A DNA stretch of 61,353 nucleotides, counting the filler. It is 6 parts of 6 records of this genome, joined end to end, with 100 filler letters (N's around TTAATTAATTAA, not from the genome) between each part and the next. Parts side by side here need not be neighbours in the genome. Positions count along the whole stretch, not along the records: positions 38,215 to 43,814 come from SRR31147125_17243; positions 43,915 to 55,754 come from SRR31147125_17253; 4 more parts are not named here. One strand, 5' to 3'. The position numbers and the translations under genes were made by a program. Numbering within the stretch: position 1 is the first letter of the stretch; each line of letters begins with the position of its first letter. Below are positions 40,100 through 51,302 of this stretch, in pieces. A model generated the notes under the pieces. That model was not told the DNA's origin, made no database searches, and saw nothing but the letters and a program-made list of their open reading frames with translations.

Positions 40100-40245
40100 A
40101 TTTTTATAGAGCATTTTTACATATTTTATCTTGATTAAAAAGGGGATTTCCTTTATTTTCTATTTAGCCAACCCAATGCACTAACGTTTAAGCATGTTTG
40201 ATATTCTCTACGAAATTGCCACATCCAATAAGCTTTGTTTAAGGA

Positions 40246-40806
40246 TTGATAATGAATCCTAAAAAGTCAAAAAAATCGAAAAAACGACAAACACAAAAGC
40301 AATATAATGTGAAAACAGGTTATCTGATTCGAAATGTGCTCGTACTTGCCATGTTTATACTGATTATATACCTTTTGTATTCCATCAATCCTGGCTACAA
40401 GTGGCTCGTCAAAGGTCCGATTCTGCAAAACCTGAGGATCGTTTGGTCTTACCCGCATTTGGAACTGGATAAAAAATATCAGGCGAAGCTTGGTTTTGAT
40501 TACGAGTATGTAAATTTAATCAAGCAAAATACGCCTGAAAATGCCGTCCTCCTGATGCCGGGTAAAGAGATTTTTAAAAATAGCAATTTTAATCAAGACG
40601 GTGCATGGGGGGTAAAGTCAAAAACCTGGTGTACTTATTTTTTATACCCCAGAATACTGATTAGTGAAGATGATAAAAATATACTTCAAATGAAGGATAA
40701 AATTACACACATTATGATTATTAATTACTGGGGCTATGATAAAGTGCCGTTTGTTACCGATGAAAAGCATCAGTATGCCATATTACGTGTAGATCCAGAG
40801 AGTTAA
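40246..40806 (+). CDS. Hypothetical membrane-anchored protein
   Basis: Basic N-terminus, one TM, YFLYPR motif; co-oriented with the next gene. Confidence 0.7.
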   Translation: MIMNPKKSKKSKKRQTQKQYNVKTGYLIRNVLVLAMFILIIYLLYSINPGYKWLVKGPILQNLRIVWSYPHLELDKKYQAKLGFDYEYVNLIKQNTPENAVLLMPGKEIFKNSNFNQDGAWGVKSKTWCTYFLYPRILISEDDKNILQMKDKITHIMIINYWGYDKVPFVTDEKHQYAILRVDPES

Positions 40807-40809
40807 TTT

Positions 40810-42192
40810 ATGATTATACCTGGCTTACTTATTGTTTACCTGCTTGGTTTTGCTATTATAAACCACCTGTCCAAAGAGTTACAACTTGCTGAAAAAATTG
40901 GCCTTTCTTTTCTAATAGGTATTGGTGTGGAAACAATTTTTATGTTTGTTTTGGATATTGTACATATCCGTATAAATGCACTATCTTTAATGATTTTGTC
41001 CTTTATAGTTTTTATGTGTTTTCATTTTAAAAATATTTCACGAGTGAAGGACATTTCATTAATATTTAAACAAATACCTGAATTTAAAATCAGCAAAATT
41101 TCATTATACAAAATCAATTATGTCTGGATTGCCCTTATTACAGTGATCTGTTTCTTGCTCTTGTCAAGTGCTCTAAAATCTTTTTACTGGCCAACGACGT
41201 CCTATGACTCTGTTGCCGGATATGATTTAATGGGTAAGACAATTGCTCATGAAGGTAAAATTAATGTAAGTTTATTTAAATTGGGCACACAAGGTCCGCG
41301 TGCTATATATCCGCCACTTGTTGAAGGCAGCTTTGCGTTTGCCTATATTTTTAAATGTGTGTCCTCGAAAATCATGACAACGCTTTTTTACTTTTCATTA
41401 ATTTTTGTTTTTTACTCTCTTTTAAGAAGATATGTTAACTGTATCAACGCTACATTCTTTACGTTATTGCTTATTATTACACCGGAAATGTACGCCCATT
41501 CCTCACTTTCTCTAACCAATGTGCCAGGTGCAGCTTATGCAGGATTGGCCATTATCTATCTGTTTATATGGTTGGATAAACATGAAAAACACGATCTCTA
41601 CCTTTCATCTATCCTTATGGGTTTGAATGTATGGACCAGAAATGACGGTGTGGCGTTCTGTATTGCAGGTTTTATTGTGCTCTTGATTGAAACCATCCGC
41701 ACTAAAACATGGAAGGAATTGGCAATTTACACCGGTTTTGCATTTTTGCCCCTCTTAAGTTGGACCCTTTATTTAAAATTTGTATTAGATTTGGTACAGG
41801 ATCGATTTGTCACTTACTTGTTTTGGGATGCCAATCGGCTTACGGATGTTATAATATGGGCGAAATTATTCATAACACATACATCCTTTTATGGATTAAC
41901 TTTTTTCATTTTCCTGGTAGCACTTTTAATAAATATAAAAAATATTTTTAAAGATAAATTTTCTTTAATAGTATTAATATTCGTATCTTTATTAGTTTAC
42001 CTGAGTATCTATTATCAATTGGATTATAGTAAACAAGACTCTTTAGCAACTATGATGAAAGCCTCATTTAAACGAGCCTTGTTTTATTTTGTCCCAATGG
42101 TGTTGTTTTATGCTTCAACAAATAAAGTAGTGAATCGTTTATTTCAATACATTGAACGATTTAGAGCCGGCAACACCACTTTGACACCGTAA
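40810..42192 (+). CDS. Polytopic membrane protein, GT-C/PMT-like glycosyltransferase candidate
   Basis: Many TM helices with loop motifs WPTTSYD, YPPLV and WTRNDG. Confidence 0.65.
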   Translation: MIIPGLLIVYLLGFAIINHLSKELQLAEKIGLSFLIGIGVETIFMFVLDIVHIRINALSLMILSFIVFMCFHFKNISRVKDISLIFKQIPEFKISKISLYKINYVWIALITVICFLLLSSALKSFYWPTTSYDSVAGYDLMGKTIAHEGKINVSLFKLGTQGPRAIYPPLVEGSFAFAYIFKCVSSKIMTTLFYFSLIFVFYSLLRRYVNCINATFFTLLLIITPEMYAHSSLSLTNVPGAAYAGLAIIYLFIWLDKHEKHDLYLSSILMGLNVWTRNDGVAFCIAGFIVLLIETIRTKTWKELAIYTGFAFLPLLSWTLYLKFVLDLVQDRFVTYLFWDANRLTDVIIWAKLFITHTSFYGLTFFIFLVALLINIKNIFKDKFSLIVLIFVSLLVYLSIYYQLDYSKQDSLATMMKASFKRALFYFVPMVLFYASTNKVVNRLFQYIERFRAGNTTLTP

Positions 42193-42269
42193 CCATTAAA
42201 AATATTTATTGCTTTAGAACAATTGAATCCGCGAAAAACAACTTTTGTAATTGACAAAAAGGAAAGAAT

Positions 42270-43459
42270 ATGAAGAATCTTGTAAAGATTACTCTTATGG
42301 TATTGATTTTAAAAACGGTAATTATGCCTCAAAATCCTTTATATTGCCAGGCAGATCAACAAACTCAGGATAGTATTCTGGTTGCCAAACAAGCAGAAAC
42401 ATTACTTATATTAACAACGGAATTAGACCTGCTTAAAAAGCAGATCGGAGAAGAATCTGAAAATCAAAAATCGACCATATTAATTCAAAAGGAAGTTCAG
42501 GATCTGAAAGAAAAACTCCGTGATCTTGATGCCATAGAAAAACAAAACTGGGAACAGAAACACCAGGCAGATAATCTGAGAGACCAAATTGAAGATTTAG
42601 AAACCCAGATTACCACCCGGGAAGAAGAAATGACATCTCTTCAAACGCAAATGACAAGTTTGAGCGAAAAAATTCAATTTATCTCAAATACCATGAATAA
42701 GGCGAGTAAAGAAAAAGCAAAAGCGGATAGTCTTGCACGAATCGCGATTGAAGCCTCTGACAAAATCACACAAAGAACCATTGGCAAATTTATTGGCGAT
42801 GTACGAACCTGGGCTGATTTGGGGACGATACTTAATGCCATCGCAAATACAGCCGAAAACCTGTTATTGTTTTCCGAAAGTGGCAAGGAACCTTTCTTAA
42901 TTAAAGCCGGAAAGACCCTGGGACTTTTAGCAGCTGGAGGCGGGACCTATGTCGCTACAAATGATGCTGAAAGCGGAGCTATAATGGCTGGTGGGGCTCT
43001 TACACTCTCATTATTGATGCAAATGATACCCAATGATGTAAGTCAATCCGAGTTAATTGAAAATATAGCCAGAAACAGAGCTTTTACCGACGAAGTAAAA
43101 GCCTTTACCCGAATTTCCGGACCTTTTGTTAAAAAAGCCAAAGAACTCAATGCGAAAATTCCACATGGTGGTGGAGATGTCAATTGGCAACCTGCAGGAG
43201 AGGAATTACAATCCTATTATCAGCTGATTGCCGCAAGAAGAGACCTTACGGTTGTGATCAGACAAATGAAAGCAAAAGCTCAGTATTTGAGAGCTTTTGA
43301 AACAATTACTGAACAGGGGGAGTAAAATTGGACAAGTTGATTAAAGACTATAATGATGCCCTGGGATCCTGGGAAAGTTCAGAATCTGTTTATATGAGTA
43401 CGTACAATTACTTAAAAGAGGTGTTGGCTCAAAAGAATAAACTTTTAAAAGGAATGTAA
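42270..43459 (+). CDS. Secreted coiled-coil protein; the stop at 43325 is probably due to an indel in the G5 run
   Basis: Signal peptide, long heptad region and hydrophobic Gly-rich hairpin. An open frame VKLDKLIKDYNDALGSW…KGM* continues right after the G-run at 43316-43320. Confidence 0.6.
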
Positions 43460-43461
43460 AA

Positions 43462-43814
43462 ATGAATAGAAGAGATTTTATTTCAGCTACGTGTTTAGCC
43501 AGTGTTGGCTCCATGGGAGCTCTTAATAAAACAATGGCTGATGCAAATGACAAAGAGCCTGAATATTATGAATTAAGACTCTATCACACGCTTTTAGGCT
43601 CAAAGAAAAATGTGCTTAACGATTTTTTACGTGATGCCACTATTCCTGCTCTAAATCGTCTTGGAATCGGTCCTGTTGGTGTATTTAATGTCATGTATGG
43701 CCAGAGCAGCCCGACTCTTTACGTTTTAATGCCTCACAAATCTTTGGAATCCGCTGCTACAGTATCGACTCAGCTATTGGATGATGCTGAATTTCAAAAA
43801 GCCGGAGCATCCTT
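43462..43814 (+). CDS. NIPSNAP family protein with Tat signal, truncated
   Basis: MNRRDFI Tat motif; YYELRLY and PALNRLGIGPVGVF. Confidence 0.85.
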
Positions 43815-43914
43815 NNNNNNNNNNNNNNNNNNNNNNNNNNNNNNNNNNNNNNNNNNNNTTAATTAATTAANNNNNNNNNNNNNNNNNNNNNNNNNNNNNN
43901 NNNNNNNNNNNNNN
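43815..43914. other. Artificial contig-joining linker
   Basis: N-run, TTAATTAATTAA, N-run. Confidence 0.98.
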
Positions 43915-44044
43915 GCCTTGCGAGAAATTGTTTTCCTTGTCTTGCACCCTCTCTCGACGGTCTGCTAATTCAAAGGGTTTTTCGACACTCTTAGATAAGG
44001 GCAAAAGTCCTTATCTTTTAATTTATCATATATATTTTTTTAAA

Positions 44045-45016
44045 TTATCTATCCTCACGGAAATACGGAAGCCCCAAGCTTTCTGGTGGTTGGTTCTCTC
44101 TTTTTCTCTTCATAGAAACAATAATCAAAACCAAAATAGTTACGATATATGGTAGCATCTTGAAAAGTTCCTGAGATGAACGTGTTAGACCTGGGATATA
44201 AAAATACAACCAGAATAGTGTACCAAAAAGATAAGCACCCCAAATTGCTTGTTTTGACTTCCACCTAGCAAAAATAACCAAAGCAACAGCAAGCCATCCA
44301 AGCTTTTCTATGCCTCCATCATTTGCCCAAGTTCCTTTAATATAATCCATTGTATAGTACAGCCCGCCAAGACCAGTAATAGCGGCACCAATGCATGTCG
44401 CTAAATATTTATACACAGTTACGCTAATTCCAGCAGCATCCGCAGTTGCGGGGTTTTCTCCCACAGAACGAAGATTTAAACCCTTACGTGTTTTATTCAA
44501 AAACCAACTTATAATTATAGCAAGAATCAACGCAAGGTATACCATAAACCCAAGGGCAGAAAGCACGCCAACATCTGATAAAAATGGAAGTGTAGAGCGA
44601 TAAGCACCACTTGTAACAGCAACAGAAATTTGTCCAACGCCCCCAGCCATTTTATTCAATGCACCACCAAAAAAGTTAGCAATTCCTGCACCAAATATAG
44701 TAAGAGTAAGACCCGTAACGTTTTGATTTGCCCTTAATGTTATTGTCAAAAAACTATAGATAAGCCCACCTAGCAATGAAGCTATTAAAGAAAAAACCAA
44801 AGATATTAATAGTCCAACCAATGGATTAGGAGCAGCAAATGTACTTTCGTACCAAAAAGCTCCAGCAAGACCTGCGATTCCACCAAGATACATAATCCCA
44901 GGTACTCCAAGGTTTAGATTCCCTGACTTCTCTGTCAAAATTTCTCCCAAAGCACCAAATAATATGACCGTACCAAATACTAGAGCAGCTTGTAATAAAG
45001 ATAAAAATTGAGCCAT
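44045..45016 (-). CDS. Nucleoside/sugar ABC transporter permease 2
   Basis: GEILTEKSGNLNLG, RSVGENPATADAAGI, MLPYIVT and LGLPYFRE. Confidence 0.93.
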   Translation of the reverse strand: MAQFLSLLQAALVFGTVILFGALGEILTEKSGNLNLGVPGIMYLGGIAGLAGAFWYESTFAAPNPLVGLLISLVFSLIASLLGGLIYSFLTITLRANQNVTGLTLTIFGAGIANFFGGALNKMAGGVGQISVAVTSGAYRSTLPFLSDVGVLSALGFMVYLALILAIIISWFLNKTRKGLNLRSVGENPATADAAGISVTVYKYLATCIGAAITGLGGLYYTMDYIKGTWANDGGIEKLGWLAVALVIFARWKSKQAIWGAYLFGTLFWLYFYIPGLTRSSQELFKMLPYIVTILVLIIVSMKRKRENQPPESLGLPYFREDR

Positions 45017-45017
45017 A

Positions 45018-46118
45018 CTATTTCACTTCCTTTCTATTACGAAAAACCAATCTATACTGAGCAAAAAATTCGCTTCCTAAAATAAAAAATAGAATAATCC
45101 CTGTAATAACTTGGGATACATAATCGTTCAAGTTAAATTGAGATGCTATTTGTGTTGCACCTTTTTCCATAAACACCAGCAATGTCGCTATTAAGATCAT
45201 AGTGAACGTATTAAACTTTGCAAGCCAAGCCACTATAATTGCAGTAAAACCTCTGCCTCCAGCAGTGTTAGTAGAAATTGTATGCGATGCACCCGCTACC
45301 GCTATATACCCAGCAAGACCGCATATAGCCCCAGATATTACCATTGTGCGGACTATAGTTTTTTTAACATTTATACCAATATAACGCGCAGTTTTTTGAG
45401 ATTCGCCAACAACAGCAATCTGATATCCTTGTTTAGAATATTTAAGATAAATATATACTAAAACGGTTATCGCAAAAACAATTACCAAGTTAAGCAAATA
45501 CTTTTGCTCTAACAAAGGAGGAAACCATCCCGCTTTTGTCGTTTGGTTTATTATTCCCACAGTATTGGACCCAAAAGGGTTTTCCCAAAGAGCAACACAG
45601 TAAGAAGTTAGCTGAATAGCCACATAGTTCATCATCAAAGTAAAAAGCACTTCATTTGTTCCATAACGCGCTTTGAAGAATGCAGGAAAAGCACCCCAAA
45701 GAGCACCAGCTATTATGCTTGCAACTAGAGAAACAATAAGTAGCATCCCTGTTGGCATAGTTTTTCCAAAATAAATCATTACAGCTGCAGTAGCCATTCC
45801 CCCTGCAAGAATCTGACCTTCTGCTCCAATATTCCAAAAACGCATTTTGAAAGCAGGCGCTAAAGCAACTCCAATACAAAGAAGCATAGCCATGTCTCGC
45901 AAGAAAACCCATACTCGCTTTGCTGAACCAAAGTTACCCTCAAACATTGCAATATAAATCTTAACTGGATTTAGTTTTACAATAGAATATATAATAACAG
46001 CACTAACAGCAAGTGCCAATACAACACCTACAAGACGGATAAATAAACTATGCATCGTAGAGATAGAATCTCGTTTGACTATGCGCACAAACGGTACTTT
46101 TTTATGTAGTAGATTCAT
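45018..46118 (-). CDS. Nucleoside/sugar ABC transporter permease 1 (fused to the ATPase in the ORF track)
   Basis: Own gaggag RBS and ATG at 46118; WNIGAEGQ, LMMNYVA and GFTAIIVAWL. Confidence 0.88.
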   Translation of the reverse strand: MNLLHKKVPFVRIVKRDSISTMHSLFIRLVGVVLALAVSAVIIYSIVKLNPVKIYIAMFEGNFGSAKRVWVFLRDMAMLLCIGVALAPAFKMRFWNIGAEGQILAGGMATAAVMIYFGKTMPTGMLLIVSLVASIIAGALWGAFPAFFKARYGTNEVLFTLMMNYVAIQLTSYCVALWENPFGSNTVGIINQTTKAGWFPPLLEQKYLLNLVIVFAITVLVYIYLKYSKQGYQIAVVGESQKTARYIGINVKKTIVRTMVISGAICGLAGYIAVAGASHTISTNTAGGRGFTAIIVAWLAKFNTFTMILIATLLVFMEKGATQIASQFNLNDYVSQVITGIILFFILGSEFFAQYRLVFRNRKEVK

Positions 46119-47651
46119 GTTTTTCTCCTCTCTAAGTCTTGTCATCATCATACCTACTTCATTTTTGTCAGCTCCTTTACCAGGAACAATACCACTTACT
46201 TTTCCATTACAAAGGACAAGTATACGGTCACTTAACTCCAACAAAACATCCAAGTCTTCTCCTACAAATATTACTGCGACGCCCTCTTGTTTTTGCTTAT
46301 TAACAAGATCATAAATTGTATAAGAAGAGTTGATATCAAGTCCTCGTACAGCATATGCTGTCATAAGAACAGTTGGATCATTGGAAATTTCTCTTCCAAC
46401 TAAAACCTTTTGAACATTCCCACCAGAAAGCTTACATACTGGAGTGGTAAGTCCTGGTGTTTTGACTTCTAGGTCTTCTACAATATTGCTAGCTAAACTC
46501 CTTGGAGTTCTTCTATCTGTAAAAATAGATTTACCCTTTTTAAAGGATCGCAGCATCATATTGTTTATCAAATCCATATTCCCAACCAGACCCATTCCAA
46601 GCCTGTCTTCTGGTACAAACGAAAGCGAAACTCCAAGAGCTGCAATATCGCTTGGAGTTTTTCCAGAAATCTCTACTTCATTAGATGTTTCTGGGTCTAT
46701 ATAAACTATCTTTCCTGATTCCAAGTGTTGAAGTCCGGCAATAGCTTCTAATAGCTCTTTTTGTCCAGAACCAGAAATACCTGCAATGCCTAAAATTTCA
46801 CCAGAATTTGCAGTAAATGAAACATCCGAAAGTTTTGTTATTCCATCTTTATCTTTAACAGTTAACCCATTGGCTACAATTCTTGGTTTAACATCTTTAG
46901 GTTCGGGTCTGTCAATATTAAGAGAAACAGAGCGCCCAACCATCATGTTTGTCATCTCAGAGGCATTTGTATCTTTGGTCTTCATACCACCAATATATTT
47001 TCCTCGTCTTAAAACCTCTACCCTATCCGATATTTCTTCAACTTCATGTAATTTATGAGTAATGATTACAATTGATTTACCATCATTGCGCATGTTGCGT
47101 AAAATCTCGAACAATTTTGCTGTTTCTTGCGGAGTAAGGACTGCAGTTGGTTCATCAAGAATCAAGATATCTGCACCCCTGTACAACACTTTTACAATCT
47201 CCACGGTTTGCTTTTGAGAAACAGACATGTCATAAATCATTTGCATAGGATCAACATCAAAGCCGTACATTTTACAAATATCACGTATCTTTTCATTTGC
47301 GGCATTCATGTCGAGCTTGCCTTTTCCTTCCATACCAAGGATAATGTTTTCGGCAGCAGATAAAACATCAACAAGTTTAAAGTGCTGATGTATCATACCG
47401 ATACCAAGTTCAAATGCATCCTTAGGGCTTTTAATTGTAACTTCTTTATCATCAACAAATATCTGTCCAGTATCAGGAAAATATATACCAGAAAGCATAT
47501 TCATAAGTGTTGTCTTACCACTACCATTTTCGCCAAGCAGAGCTAAGATTTCCCCTTTATATAAATCAAGAGATACGCAGTCATTAGCTATTACTTTCCC
47601 AAAAGTTTTTGTAACTCCACGCATACTAACAGCAGTTTTCGAGTTTTGCAT
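46115..47651 (-). CDS. ABC transporter ATP-binding protein with two NBDs (CUT2 family)
   Basis: GENGSGKTT, LILDEPTAVL, ITHKL, VPEDR and LSGGNVQK. Confidence 0.93.
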
Positions 47652-47726
47652 AAAAAAACTCCCCCTTAAAATAACAGAAAGGGCCACCTAATAATTAGGT
47701 GGCTCTTTCACATTGATTATTAAATT

Positions 47727-49019
47727 TTACTCAAATAGTTCTGTAATACCATCAATACGTAAGCCAAAGTATGGTGCACTACGTAATGTTGATTCTGCAA
47801 ATACGCCATCTACAATAGCTTCGCCACTATCTGGAACAAAGTCACCGTCTGTATCAAGAGCAGGAGTAGATGTAATAGTTTCTCCGCCTACTGTAAATGT
47901 AGAAGTATCAAACACGTTTAAGCTTCCATCTGTAATAGCAGCTTCAACTTCTGCAACTTTTTCAGCAGTTCCTTCAGCACAGCTTTCGCCAAGCTCAGAA
48001 ATCATAACAGCACCTTCAGCATATCCTTCAGCCCAGTCCGTTGCAATGTCTTCACCTTTTACAGCTTGACCCAATGCATATGTGTAATAAGCACTCCAGT
48101 CATTTTGTGAACTTGTTAATGCAGCATTTGGAGCTACAGAAAGCATAGAGATGTTATACCCAACATTATATACTGTTGTTCCACCCTGAAGTGCATCTTC
48201 GCAAGCAGAAGGAGCTCCAGTAGAGTCTGCATGTTGACCTATAATAATACAACCATTAGACATTAGTGCATTAGCAGCTTCACCTTCAGCAACTGGATCA
48301 TACCATGAGTTTGTATAAATAACGTCCATAACAACATTTTCAACTACAGATTGAATTCCTAAGAAGAAACCAGTATAACCAGATACAACTTCTTCATATG
48401 GGAAAGCACCAACGTAACCAATTTTAACTTTTCCATCAACCATATTTGAATCAGCAACTTCACCAGCTTCAACTAGTTCAGCTAGTTTCATACCCGCAAC
48501 AACACCAGATACATAACGAGATTCATATGTTAGGTTAAAAGCATTTTTAAAGTTTGGTAAACCTGATGGTGCAGCTGCTGTACCTGTCATAGCGATGAAA
48601 GTTACATCTTCGTTTTCCTCAGCAGCTTGTTGCATATATGATTGGTGTCCGAAACTATCAGAAATGATAAGCGTACAACCCTGTTCTACAAGATCACTAG
48701 CTGTATCATAACAACTTTCGTCTTCAGGAATATTATATTTCCAAATGATTTGATCTTCAGCAACACCAACGTTAGCAGCTGCAGTCTCAATACCTTGGAT
48801 ATGAGCATAGTCATAACCAGAGTTTTCATCATGGACTAAGATAACTCCAACCTTTACAGTTGCATCTCCCTCTACTGCTGTTTCTTCTGATGCGCTTTCC
48901 TCTGTTGCCGTACTTTCCTCTTCTGCTGGACTTTCAGTTACATCAGAAGCTCCTGAGCCACAAGCTGCAAGAACAAATACAAGTGAAAGTATCAGTGCAA
49001 AAGTGATTAATTTTTTCAT
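47727..49019 (-). CDS. BMP family ABC substrate-binding lipoprotein (purine nucleoside type)
   Basis: Lipobox LAAC; GYVGAF, SWYDP and GQHADS. Confidence 0.92.
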   Translation of the reverse strand: MKKLITFALILSLVFVLAACGSGASDVTESPAEEESTATEESASEETAVEGDATVKVGVILVHDENSGYDYAHIQGIETAAANVGVAEDQIIWKYNIPEDESCYDTASDLVEQGCTLIISDSFGHQSYMQQAAEENEDVTFIAMTGTAAAPSGLPNFKNAFNLTYESRYVSGVVAGMKLAELVEAGEVADSNMVDGKVKIGYVGAFPYEEVVSGYTGFFLGIQSVVENVVMDVIYTNSWYDPVAEGEAANALMSNGCIIIGQHADSTGAPSACEDALQGGTTVYNVGYNISMLSVAPNAALTSSQNDWSAYYTYALGQAVKGEDIATDWAEGYAEGAVMISELGESCAEGTAEKVAEVEAAITDGSLNVFDTSTFTVGGETITSTPALDTDGDFVPDSGEAIVDGVFAESTLRSAPYFGLRIDGITELFE

Positions 49020-49143
49020 TTCAAATCCTCCATTTTTATTAATTTTACTCATTCAGTAATCAAACTGTCTGACAAATTTTTATATACCATTGTCGTTTAT
49101 GGCATTATGTGTATTTTATGCCAAAAAAGAGTAATTAGATAAT

Positions 49144-49176
49144 AAAAAAGGCGTGGTTGTGAATTCAACATACGCC
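49144..49176 (-). terminator. Leader terminator-like hairpin between the promoter and the bmp gene
   Basis: Minus strand ggcgtatgttg-aattca-caaccacgcc-tttttt. Confidence 0.6.
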
Positions 49177-49201
49177 ATAGTATTATCAATTTTCTTATAC
49201 G

Positions 49202-49230
49202 ATTTTACATCATTTTATTCAATCTGTCAA
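49202..49230 (-). promoter_or_regulatory. Sigma-70/SigA promoter of the nucleoside ABC operon
   Basis: TTGACA-17 nt-TAAAAT on the minus strand. Confidence 0.8.
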
Positions 49231-49341
49231 ACTTACGATGCTTTAATTCGAACTTGCTTTCTTTTTTAAAGTTAAAATGACTCTTACTAACAATTATGAT
49301 ATAATATCGTATCATAAAGCTTATGTTTTAAGGGGAAAATT

Positions 49342-50370
49342 ATGCTAGAAAAAAGACTGTATAATATTGTACTTTGGAGCGCATTGAGCTTATCCGTTTT
49401 AAGTATCATTACTAACACAATCGGTAATTTCCCGTGGACTGTCAATATTAAATGGGTAATACTTTCGATTGTAGCAACATGCTTCTTAATTATAAACAAA
49501 TTTCACCAAAACGTCGAAAATGCTAAACTCTATTTTTTCTTACTTCTTTTTGTTGTTTTCACTCCTGTTGCCTTTTTTGATTCTGGTGAAAGCGTTAACA
49601 ACGCACTTGGATACAGTTACATACTATTAATATGCATTGTTTATCTATTTAATGGAAAAAAACGAATTTTTCTTGTAATAACACTCATCCTTATGGTCAC
49701 AATAGTTCATGTTGTAGAACACCAATTCCCTCATTTAGTTAAAGTTTATTCGGACGAATCTAATTTTATAGAAAAACTAACTCAAATCCCTATAATCATG
49801 CTTGCGATTTACTTAATCACAAGCCGGTTTGCGAATGCTTATTTAAAGCAACAAAAAAAACAGGAAAAAGATAATGAACGATTAGGCATCATCGCAAATT
49901 ATGATAGTTTAACTCAGTTGTATAATAGAAGAGCTTTTAACCAAGTTCTAAACAATCACTATTACACTTTATCAAAATCAAATGATATATATATCGTCAT
50001 AATTGACCTTGATTATTTTAAGCATATAAACGACCAATTGGGACACCTTACAGGGGATAAAGTCTTGAAAGATTTTTCGCAAGAATTAAGAACGTTAATA
50101 TTTGATCCTAATATTGTATGCCGTTGGGGAGGAGACGAGTTTGCTTTACTATTCCACGGTAATAATAAATCACTCGAAACCATGCTTAAACAAATACAAG
50201 AAAGTTATAAAAAAGTGACAGCTCATTTAGAGATTAATACTGGAATTAGTATTGGTGCTTCACTTTGGGAAGATGGAATATCTATTGAAGAGATCATGAA
50301 AAAGGCTGACAAGCAACTATATGACATAAAGTCCAACAATAGAGGTCAATACTCTTTAGACAGTGTGTAA
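49342..50370 (+). CDS. Membrane-bound diguanylate cyclase
   Basis: N-terminal TMs; DSLTQLYNRR, DLDYFKHIND, GHLTGD and RWGGDEF. Confidence 0.94.
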   Translation: MLEKRLYNIVLWSALSLSVLSIITNTIGNFPWTVNIKWVILSIVATCFLIINKFHQNVENAKLYFFLLLFVVFTPVAFFDSGESVNNALGYSYILLICIVYLFNGKKRIFLVITLILMVTIVHVVEHQFPHLVKVYSDESNFIEKLTQIPIIMLAIYLITSRFANAYLKQQKKQEKDNERLGIIANYDSLTQLYNRRAFNQVLNNHYYTLSKSNDIYIVIIDLDYFKHINDQLGHLTGDKVLKDFSQELRTLIFDPNIVCRWGGDEFALLFHGNNKSLETMLKQIQESYKKVTAHLEINTGISIGASLWEDGISIEEIMKKADKQLYDIKSNNRGQYSLDSV

Positions 50371-50447
50371 ATATTCTTTATTTGTATTAAACGCATGTAT
50401 ATACTTTTTAGCTAAAAGCAAATGCGAAAGGAGCATAATTTATATCA

Positions 50448-51272
50448 GTGCCTATTTTTAACGATGATGCAACTAAACATATGGAAAATCGTATAGAAAA
50501 CGAACTACGAGAACTTCTGTTAAACCAGGACTACAATAAAATTGAAATCTGTCTTGAGTCTATCATTAAAGATTTACATAAAGCTATACCTGATAAAAAA
50601 CGCGTATCCTATGGAATTACTTATGTGGTTAAAGTTCTAAGCCAGTATCTGTTTAAATGGATGGAAAACGCCTCGCTTGATACTTTAAAGATAGGTTCTA
50701 TGATGTATAATGAAATGTGTTCATTCCAAAACAAATGTGTTGGACTTGGAATCATATCTCATATCGGTATTACCGATGTCAATATAGCTCTACCCTATTT
50801 CAAAGATGCAGCATCCCACAAATTATGGGAGATTCGCGAGTTTGCTCAAATGTATATTCGAAAAATCACAAAAGCGCACCCAGAGATTATTCAGTCTTTT
50901 TTGTTGGAACTTACAGGGTCTGACAACCCTAATCATCGTAGGTTTGCAAGCGAATCACTACGTCCTGTTGCGGAAAACAGATGGATTAATACACAGCCAG
51001 AATACTCATTAGTTGTATTAAGGAATCTGTTTTATGAAAACGACGAATATCCAAGAACTTCCGTAGGGAACAATCTTAGTGATTTATCGAGAAAACAACC
51101 AGACTTGATTTTCGATATTGTTAACGAACTCGTCTCACTTGGAGATGAAAATGCAAGTTGGATTGCCTATAGAGCCTGCCGAAATCTTATTAAAACCGAA
51201 CCTGTGCGTGTAATGGATATACTTGGAATTGATTTGTATGAGTACAAAGGCAAAAAATATATACGCAAATAA
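50448..51272 (+). CDS. DNA alkylation repair protein-like (AlkC/AlkD HEAT-repeat family)
   Basis: WEIREFAQ, NHRRFASESLRP and SVGNNLSDLSRKQP. Confidence 0.75.
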   Translation: MPIFNDDATKHMENRIENELRELLLNQDYNKIEICLESIIKDLHKAIPDKKRVSYGITYVVKVLSQYLFKWMENASLDTLKIGSMMYNEMCSFQNKCVGLGIISHIGITDVNIALPYFKDAASHKLWEIREFAQMYIRKITKAHPEIIQSFLLELTGSDNPNHRRFASESLRPVAENRWINTQPEYSLVVLRNLFYENDEYPRTSVGNNLSDLSRKQPDLIFDIVNELVSLGDENASWIAYRACRNLIKTEPVRVMDILGIDLYEYKGKKYIRK

Positions 51273-51302
51273 CATAATCAATAACTATTATTGGAAATGT
51301 AT

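Noticed and set aside
43975-43991. gggtttttcgacactct, resembling an IS terminal inverted repeat at a contig end
   Set aside because: Only one short end and no transposase sequence; cannot be supported.
45018-47687. Apparent 889-aa ABC ATPase-permease fusion
   Set aside because: The permease has its own RBS and ATG, and removing one A from the run at about 46120-46124 gives a normal ATGA stop/start overlap. Most likely a homopolymer error.
49080-49200. Purine riboswitch upstream of the bmp gene
   Set aside because: The aptamer consensus is absent and there is too little room between the promoter and the terminator.
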